Source of the DNA: Chiloscyllium plagiosum
Taxonomy: Eukaryota
Assembly: GCF_004010195.1 (NCBI RefSeq)
Contig: NC_057755.1
Coordinates: 5,352,921 to 5,380,996 of the forward strand
Length of the DNA: 28,076 nt
Direction: 5' to 3'
Position numbers and translations under genes: made by a program
Part shown: positions 20,333 to 28,076 of the stretch, one piece after another
Position numbering within the stretch: position 1 is the stretch's first letter
Layout: every line of letters starts with the position of its first letter
Notes under the pieces: generated by a model
Seen by the model: only the letters and a program-made list of their open reading frames with translations
Databases searched by the model: none
What the model was told of the DNA's origin: nothing

Positions 20333-21822
20333 GGATCAAACTCAGTGAAGCTGGCCATGGGAAGTAGACAATCCGTGGATAAAAGAGAAAAGCAGCAGAA
20401 TCACATTCTGGATCCCTGAAGATGTGCTTCTGAATCCTAGTCTCAGATTGAAACACTTCCCTCCTGTGACTCACAGATTTAGGGACAGAGTTCTCAGCAG
20501 TGCACTACTTTTGATTTTCGGGAGATGCTTGATAACATATGCGTTAAGCGATGCAGTGACTGTGGAAACACAAGTTGGTTAAAAATTTTGTCTTTACGAT
20601 AATGTGCGAAATATTTGTTCAGAAACAGACTGAGAGGATACATCAATAATCTTGAAAGGTTCAACATCACCCAAGAACTGAAATCTTCAATGCACATTGA
20701 AGGGACTAATTTATTTCATCTCCCGGCATTGAGTTGACACAAGACCACAGATGTAAGCATGAAGCGATGTATAATATTTTCTCCAAAAAATACAGGCACA
20801 ATGAGAAAGCATTATGTACAATATTAGTCTATTTGAGAAAATGATATTAAAATGATCAGATTGGTTATTAAGACGGAGAATGAAGAAATTGAGTTTGAAA
20901 CTCAGAGCCCTGAATTGAAATAAAGAGAATAGCAAAGAATTGATGCATACATGGGCAAAATTGGACTGAGTTCTCATTGGATAGGCAATTTGTATCGGAT
21001 ATGAAAGATCGTAATGAATCACAACAGTCATTCAGTCACCTCTTGGACAATAATCAAAGAGGAAAGCTGACAACGGGCAGCGCTGACTGATTCCAGGACT
21101 GTTCAGGAAGCTTTCTCATTCCCACCCACTTACTGAGACTGCACTTACACTGTTGGTGCAGAAGAGGCCAATCCAAATGTTTTGAATTAATTTTCCAAAT
21201 TTTGGAGAGTACCTCCCACGTGATGGTGCGTGATTTCCTGTCAAAGCCATTCTCCTGGTCCAGGCTTGTAAGGCAGGTTGCCAACCTCACTCTCCCACAC
21301 TTTGGCAATTATATCGCTGAGGAACGTGATACTCTGAGAGATCATTCTGCTCACTGCCGTGCAGTTGAGATCGGGGTGAATCACTGATCTCACAGCAGAC
21401 CTGACCTAGTTGGAGATGATCTCAGTTAGGATTCCGTAAATTGCATTTTGCAGTGAAACCGGTGGTCAGTCCTTCCTGTTGCCCCTTCTAATTGAAGATG
21501 AGAGGGATGATAACTTTCCTGTTGGATTCACACAGGTGATCTGTTCGAAGCATACTGTTGTTCAATTTCAGCATGTCCAGGCCAGTCAAGTGCCACGGGG
21601 TGAAAACCACTCAGGGTGACAGCCATTCCTTCTGGAAATTGTACTGTTTCCTAAGGACTTAAGGGCTTTGGGCAACTCCTCCAAAGATAACTGCTCATAC
21701 TCTCCCATCTGCTGTGGTCTAAGACCTCCTTGATAGAGGACAGGAACAAATAGGACAGAAACATGTGTCTGTGCATTTCGTGTCATTATAGACTGACATA
21801 AAAGGATTTACTGATCCTCAGG
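20333..21822 (-). repeat. Right arm of ancient inverted duplication B
   Basis: Colinear reverse-complement match to 17324-18611, including about 800 bp of non-LINE flank. Confidence 0.9.
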
Positions 21823-21825
21823 ATG
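21040..21825 (-). mobile_element. Tx1-clade LINE RT fragment, decayed
   Basis: Minus-strand remnants LSLEELPKALKSL, VRSAVRSVIHPD, CLTSLDQENGFDRKS, GISQRCPLS. Confidence 0.85.
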
Positions 21826-22706
21826 TTCTTGCCGGTGGTCGTTGTGTCCGTAGAAAGCCTTTTATTCCGACAATTAGACCCCAATGTTTGGCTTCGCAAA
21901 CTAACAAAGAATGTTTGGACTGTTCGTTTTCCCACAAGGTGTCTCAAAGGCCACATGTTACTCTCAGCAAACCATTCTCAGTTCATGGCTCGAAACACAT
22001 TTTATGAAAAGAATTGCAATACAAAAGTTCAGTGAAGGTTTCATCACCACTACTCTCCATCATTTCTGGGGTATTGTTCACCTTGAAATTTGTGAACTCT
22101 CTCTGCAGAATCAAAGATGGAGGACGGAAAACATTTCTGGTACTAACAGGCTGCTCCTTTTTTGAGGTTCTTGAGGTGTTGGACGTGATTTCCTCAATCT
22201 CCAGGAGCAGCAAGTATTGAGTTCGAGGGTGTTGCGTTGTTTTGGAAATTTGGAAAATTAATTCAAAACAAAAACAGCACTTGTGAAAGGGAGAGGAACA
22301 GACAAACGAAGCACATGGTCAGGTCAGAGCAGGAGAAGGTGAGAGATAAAAACTGACACCACAATGAACCTGCACAGTTACTGTCTTTGCTGTTTAAAAT
22401 CATGTATCTCTGGGCATAAGAGTGCGTCTGGGAAAATTAACAAACAGTGAAACTCACGACTGATCTTGGTGGAACGTGTTTCGAAGAGGTCACAGCACAG
22501 AACCAGATCAATGAATAATTTAAGCGTGGCCTTGCAGTAACTCTGCGGCAGCGAGTAGACTGAGTTATGTTTTGACTTTCTTTTAGGACGGTCCCTTGAT
22601 TAAACGTAAAAATATAAACCATAAGTATTAAGTTAGCCTGAAGCAGTGTTTTGTAGAGGAACAAGACGGGGCTTTTTTTGGGGTCATTGGATTAAAATAA
22701 GGAAAC

Positions 22707-23640
22707 ATGGCCTTTCGTTGAGTGATATGCTCTTGTCGATTGTGCCAGTTTAGGGAGTATTTACGTATTACAGTGGAGTATATCTTCATTAAATGTCATT
22801 GGTTGCAATACCTATCACATCAGTTGGATCGGTTGGAGAGACAGTTAGAGGCAATGAGGAATTTACGAGAGCGAAGGGGTGTAATGGATGTCAGTTATAG
22901 GAAGGGAGAAAGGTCGCAGATACAGTCACATAGATAGATTACCTCCAGAAAAGGTAATAGAGTTGGACAGGTCGTGCATGAGACTTCTGTGGCTATCCCC
23001 ATTTCAAACAAGTACGCCGTTTCCAAAATGTAAGGATGATGGATTCTCAGGGAAAAGTAACACAAACAACCAAATTTCTTGGATCACGACTGGATCGAAT
23101 GCAAAGAGGGGTACGTCGATTTCCAAGTGATCGATTGTGTTAGAGGATTCTCGAGTCTGAGGTACAGACAGACGTTTCTGTGGCCAGCAGCGAAAAGTCA
23201 CCATAGTGAGTTTCTTGCCTGGTGTCAGGACCAAGGATGTCTCATAGAGGATGCAGAATGTTCTCAAGGGGGAGAGGAGCCAGCAGGATGTCATTGCACA
23301 CTTTGGAACCAATGAGATAGGAAAGGAACAGATTGAGATTCTTAAGGGAGATTACAGAGAGTTAGGCAGGAATTTCAAAAGGACGTCCTCGAGAGTATTA
23401 ATATCTGGAATACTCCAGGTGCTCCGATCTAGTGGGGGCAGGAATACGAGGATAGTGCAGATGAATGTTTGGCTGAGAAGCTGGTTTATGGAAGAAGGAT
23501 TCACATTTTTGGATCACTGGAATCTCTTTTGGGGTAGAAGCGACTTGTATAAGAATAACGGATTGCATTTAAATTGGAATGGGACTAATATACTGGCAGC
23601 GAGATTTGCTTGAGCTGCTCGGGAGGATTTAAAATATTGA
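22707..23640 (+). pseudogene. CR1 ORF1 (zinc finger/leucine zipper + SGNH esterase), disrupted
   Basis: ATG at 22707; CSCRLC...KCHWLQ...LDRLERQLE; esterase motifs EDS, HFGTNEI, NGLHLN (decayed GDS, GTND, DGLH). Confidence 0.9.
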
Positions 23641-23697
23641 AGGGGAGGCGGAATCCAGAGAGGTAGTGAGGAAAGAGGTCAGTCTGAGACTGCTGCA

Positions 23698-24502
23698 GTA
23701 GAGAAAGAAGCCAGGCAGACAGTCAGGGCAGGCAGGTACAAAGCAGAGATAAAGATAAGACTGATAAATTACACTGCATTTATTTCAATGCAAGATACCT
23801 AACAGAGAAGGCAGATGAACTCAAGGCATGGATATTAAAATGGGACTGGGATATCATAGCAATAATAGAAACGTGACTCAGGGATGGACAGGACTGGCAA
23901 CTTAATGTTCCAGGATACAAATGATTCAGAAAGGACAGAAAAGGAGGCAAGAGAGGAGGGGGAGTGGTGTTTTTGATAAAAGGTAGAATTACAGCAATCC
24001 TGAGGGAAGGTATTCCCGGAAATACATCGTTGGACGTTTCTCAGTTAGGATTCCGTAAATTGCATTTTGCAGTGAAACCGGTGGTCAGTCCTTCCTGTTC
24101 CCCCTTCTAATTGAAGATGAGAGGGATGATAACTTTACTGTTGGATTCACACAGGTGATCTGTAGAGAAAGAAGCCAGGCAGACAGTCAGGGCAGGCAGG
24201 TACAAAGCAGAGATAAAGATAAGACAGATAAATTACACTGCATTTATTTCAATGCAAGATGCCTAACAGCGAAGGCAGATGAGCTCAAGGCATGGATATT
24301 AAAATGGGACTGGGATATCATAGCAATAATAGAAACGTGACTCAGGGATGGACAGGACTGTCAGCTTAATGTTCCAGGATACAAATGATTCAGAAAGGAC
24401 AGAAAAGGAGGCAAGGGTGGAGGGGGAGTGGTGTTTTTGATAAAAGGTAGAATTACAGCAATCCTGAGGGAAGGTATTCCCGGAAATACATCGTTGGAAG
24501 TT
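23698..24502 (+). repeat. 341-bp direct duplication with a 125-bp templated insert at the junction
   Basis: 23698-24038 matches 24162-24502 (about 9 mismatches); 24039-24163 matches 21420-21544 (2 mismatches). Confidence 0.97.
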
Positions 24503-26885
24503 ATTTGGATGGAACTGAGAAATAAGAAAGTGATGATCACCTTATTGGGATTGTATTATACACCGCCTAACAGTCAGAGGGAAATTGAGAAACAAATTTG
24601 TAAGGAGATCTCAGTTATCTGTAAGAATAATTGGGTGGTTATGGTAGGGAATTTTAACTTTCCAAACATAGACTAGGACTGTCATAGTGCTAAGGGTTTA
24701 GACGGAGAGGAATTTGTTAAGTGTGTACAAAATACTTTTCTGATTCAGTATGTGGATGTACTTACCAGAGAAGGTGTACAATGTACTTACTCATGGGAAA
24801 TAAGGCATGGCATGTGACTGAGGTGTCAGTTGGGGACCAGCAACCATAATTCTACTAGTATTAAAATAGTGATAGAAAGGACAGACCGGGTCTAAACGTT
24901 GAAGTTCTAAATTGGAAAAAGACCAATTTTGACGGTATTAGGCAAAACGTTTCAAAAACTGATTGGGGGCAGATGTTCCCAGGTAAAGGGATGGCTGGAA
25001 AATGTGAAGCCTTCAGAAATGAGATAAAGAGATTCCAGAGACAATATATTCCTTTCAGAGTGAAAGGAAAGGCTGGTAGGTACCGGGAATGCTGGATGAC
25101 TGAAGAAATTGATGGTTTTGTTAAGAAAAAAAGGAAGCATTTATCAGGTACAGACAGGATAGATCGAGTGAATTCTTAGAAGAGCATAAAGGCAGTAGGC
25201 CTACACTTAAGAGGGAAATTAGAATATCAAAAAGGGGACACGAGAAAGCTTCGGAAATAGAATTAAGGAGAATCCAAAGAGTTGCTACAAATACACAAAT
25301 ATATTAAGGACAAAAGGGTAACTTGGGAGAGAATAGGGCCCCTCAATGGTCAGAAAGGTGGCTATGTGTGGACCCGAGTGTTTTGCATCAGTAATTACTG
25401 TGGAAAGGAACATGGAAGTCTCAGAATGGAAGGAAGTAGATTGTGACATCTTAAAAAATGTCCACATTACAGGACGAAGTGTTGGATGTGCTGAAACGCA
25501 TAATCTGATCAAGTGTACCCTCGAAATCTATGTGAAGCTCGGGAAGTGATTGCTGGGCCTCTTACTGAAATATTTGTATCATCAATCGTCACAGGTGAAG
25601 TGCTGGAAGACTGCAGGTTGGCTAAAGTGGTGCCACTGTTTAGGAACGTTTGTAAGGACATGCCAGGGCACTATATATCAGTGAGCCTGACGTTGGTGGT
25701 GGCAGGTTGTTGGAGGAAATCATGAGGGACACGATGTATATGTGTTTTGCCAGGTAATGACTGATTAGGGGCAGTCAACATGGCTTTGTGTAGGGGAGAT
25801 CAGGTCTCAGACACTTGCGTGAGTGTTTCGAAGAAGTAATAAAGAGGATTGATGATGGCAGAGCGGTCGATGTGATCTATATGGACTTCAGTAAGGCGTT
25901 GGACAAGGTTCCCCATGGGAGATTGGTTAGCAAGGTTAGATCTCATGAAATACAGGGAAAACTAGCCATTTGGATACAGAACTGGCTCAAAGGTAGAAGA
26001 CAAATTGTGGGGATGAAGGATTGTTTTTCAGACTGGAGGCCTGTGACCAGTGGAATGCCACAAGGGTCGGTGCTGGGTCCACTATTTTTCATAAATTATA
26101 GAAATAACTTGGATGTGAGCATAAGAGGCTAGTTAATAAGTTTGCAGATGACGCCAAAATTTGAGGTGTAGTGGAGAACGAAAAGGGTACCTCAGATTAC
26201 AACAGGATCTTGATCAAATGGACCAATGGGCTGAGAAGTGGCAGATGGAGTTTAATTCAGATAAGTGTGAGGTTTGCATTTTGCGAAAGCAAATCACAGC
26301 AGGGCTTTTACACGTAATGGTAATGTGCTCGGGAATATTGCTGAACAAAGAGACCTGGAGTGCAGGTTCATAGCTCCTTGAAAGTGGATCGCAGGTAGAT
26401 AGGATAGTGAAGAAGGCGTTTGGTATGCTTTCCTTTCTTGGTCTTAGTATTGTGTACAGGAGTTGGGAGGTCATGTTGCCGCTGGACAGGTCATTGGTTC
26501 TGCCACTTTTGGAATATTTCGTACCATTTTTGTCTCCTTCCTATCGAAAAGATATTGTGAAATCTGAACAGCCTCGGGCCGTTTTCACTGAAGCGTCGGA
26601 GGTTGAGGGGTGACCTTGTCGAGGTTTATAAAATCATGAGAGGCATGGATAGGATAAATAGACAAATTCTTTTCCCTGGTGTAGAGGAGTCCAGCACTGG
26701 AGGGCATAGATTTCAGGTGATTGGGGAAAGATATAAAACAGACCTAAGGGGCAGCCTTTAGACACAGCGGGTGGTACGTGTATGGAATGAGGTGCCAGAG
26801 GAAGTGGTGGAGGCTGATACAAATGCAACATTTAAAAGGCGTCTGGATGGGTATATGAATAGGAAGGGTTTGGAGGGATATGGGC
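23768..26885 (+). pseudogene. CR1 ORF2 (AP-endonuclease + reverse transcriptase), disrupted
   Basis: CIYFNAR, DIIAIIET, GLYYTPPNS, VGNFNFPNID, VDVIYMDFSKALDKVPH, GMPQGSVLGPL, KFADDAK, WAEKWQMEFN. Confidence 0.95.
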
Positions 26886-27425
26886 TTGGTGCTGGCAGGT
26901 GGGACTAGATTGGATTGGAATTTCTGGTCGGCATGGACTCGTTGGATCGAAGGGTCTGTGTCCCTGCTGTGCATTTCTATGACTCTATGACTCCATTTGA
27001 AAATTGTTCTGCTCCACTCTGTTGAAGTGAAGGATACCTTTCATCAGACATGGAGAAAAAAACTGGGCCCACTCCTCCAGGGGTGGGAGCGTCCAGTCTC
27101 CAGGGAATTACAGACCTGCCACCTTCCCTCCTGAGCTCATGTCGATGATATCCAAAGTACTATTTGCCTTTCTCATCTGCTGCACCTACCTTTAGTGTTC
27201 AAAACTTTTCAATCCCTCTACATGCATGAAATACTCTTTCAGTTTATTTCTCCTCTAACAAAAGCGCTAACATCACATTTATTTATGCTTCATCTGCCAT
27301 GTTATTGCCCAGACACTGTACTCTCCATACTCAGGAAGCAACTATGCACACGGCAATGCAATAATCACTCCCTGCAATATTGCATCTGCAGTGATCTAGC
27401 ATAAGCTGGTAGATCTTCGGGAATG

Positions 27426-27735
27426 GGGCCAGCACGGTAGCTCAGTGGTTATGACTGCAGCCTCTCAACGCCAGGGTCCCTGGTTCGACAACAGTCTCGG
27501 GTGACTGTATGTATGAAACTTGCACATTCTCCCCGTGCCCGCGTTGGGTTCCTCCGCGTGCTGCGGTTTCTTCCCACAGTCTGAAGATATGCAGATTAGT
27601 TGAATTAGCCATGCGAAATTGCCCATAGTGTGAGGTGCATTAGTCAGAGGGAAATGGATCCAGGTGGATTGTTCTTCGGAGGGCAGGTGTGGACGGGCCT
27701 GTTTCCACACTGTAGGGAATCAAATCTAATCTGAT
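27426..27735 (+). mobile_element. HE1-type V-SINE
   Basis: A-box TAGCTCAGTGG 27438-27448, B-box GGTTCGA at 27482, TTGCACATTCTCCCCGTG, tail GGGCCTGTTTCCACACTGTAG plus (AATCT)n. Confidence 0.92.
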
Positions 27736-27860
27736 ATATTAACGAGGAGAAGGGTGAGAACAGTGAGCAGAAATGCACGCGGTATTCTATATGTGTAGCA
27801 AACCAATACTTTAGAAAGTTGCACTTGCTCTGATATTCCATGCCTTGGCTAAGTAGGCAA

Positions 27861-28076
27861 GCTGGAAATGTGTTGCTGGAAAAGCGCAGCAGGTCAGGCA
27901 GCATCCAGGGAACAGGAGAATCGACGTTTCGGGCATAAGCCCTTCTTCAGGAATGGGGAAAGTTTGTCCAGCAGGCTAAGATAAAAGGTAGGGAGGAGGG
28001 ACTTGGGGGAGGGGCGTCGGAAATGTGATAGGTGGAAAGAGGTCAAGGTGAGGGTGAAAGGTCAGACTGGGGTGGG
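27861..28076 (-). mobile_element. PLE 3' terminal region, same subfamily as the 6465-6693 palindrome, running off the window
   Basis: 27861-27954 is nearly identical to 6499-6591; continues into G-rich element body. Confidence 0.88.
27917..27954 (-). ncRNA. Minimal hammerhead ribozyme motif
   Basis: Minus strand ATTC-CTGAAGA-A-GGGC-TTAT-GCCC-GAAACGTC-GATTCT (core 27950 to 27923). Confidence 0.78.

Larger units (their letters stand above)
22140..26996 (+). mobile_element. Near-full-length CR1-clade LINE (HER1-like), inactive
   Basis: About 570-bp 5' UTR, ORF1, ORF2 (APE + RT) and a 3' tail TCTATGACTCTATGACTCCAT; many stops and frameshifts. Confidence 0.95.

Noticed and set aside
27426..27500. 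tRNA gene
   Set aside because: The A and B boxes belong to the head of an HE1-type SINE; the same applies to about 4005-4077.
1946..27904. Short ORFs of the six-frame track as genes
   Set aside because: They are fragments of CR1/Tx1 ORFs or chance frames in SINE, PLE and low-complexity DNA; none is a recognisable host protein.

Overview
Repeat-rich, AT-rich vertebrate DNA with no intact protein-coding gene. It is almost certainly from a cartilaginous fish (shark), inferred from HE1-type V-SINEs, SacSINE1-like DeuSINEs, a HER1-like CR1 LINE and shark-type Penelope termini. Contents: a near-full-length decayed CR1 LINE (about 22140-26996), two Tx1-clade LINE fragments, SINEs, solo-LTR-like pieces and many Penelope-like element (PLE) termini. 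Several of these termini carry minimal hammerhead ribozyme motifs, including a perfect core at 5778-5817 and a palindrome (6500-6693) with an intact core on each strand. Underneath the repeats are two ancient inverted segmental duplications (1-4830 vs 12455-16492, and 17324-18611 vs 20333-21822). The first carries a chain of phase-compatible candidate exons of an unrecognised (pseudo)gene. There are also two young template-switch-type rearrangements. All alignments were done by eye, so boundaries of old repeats are approximate and family names rest on recalled consensus sequences, not searches.
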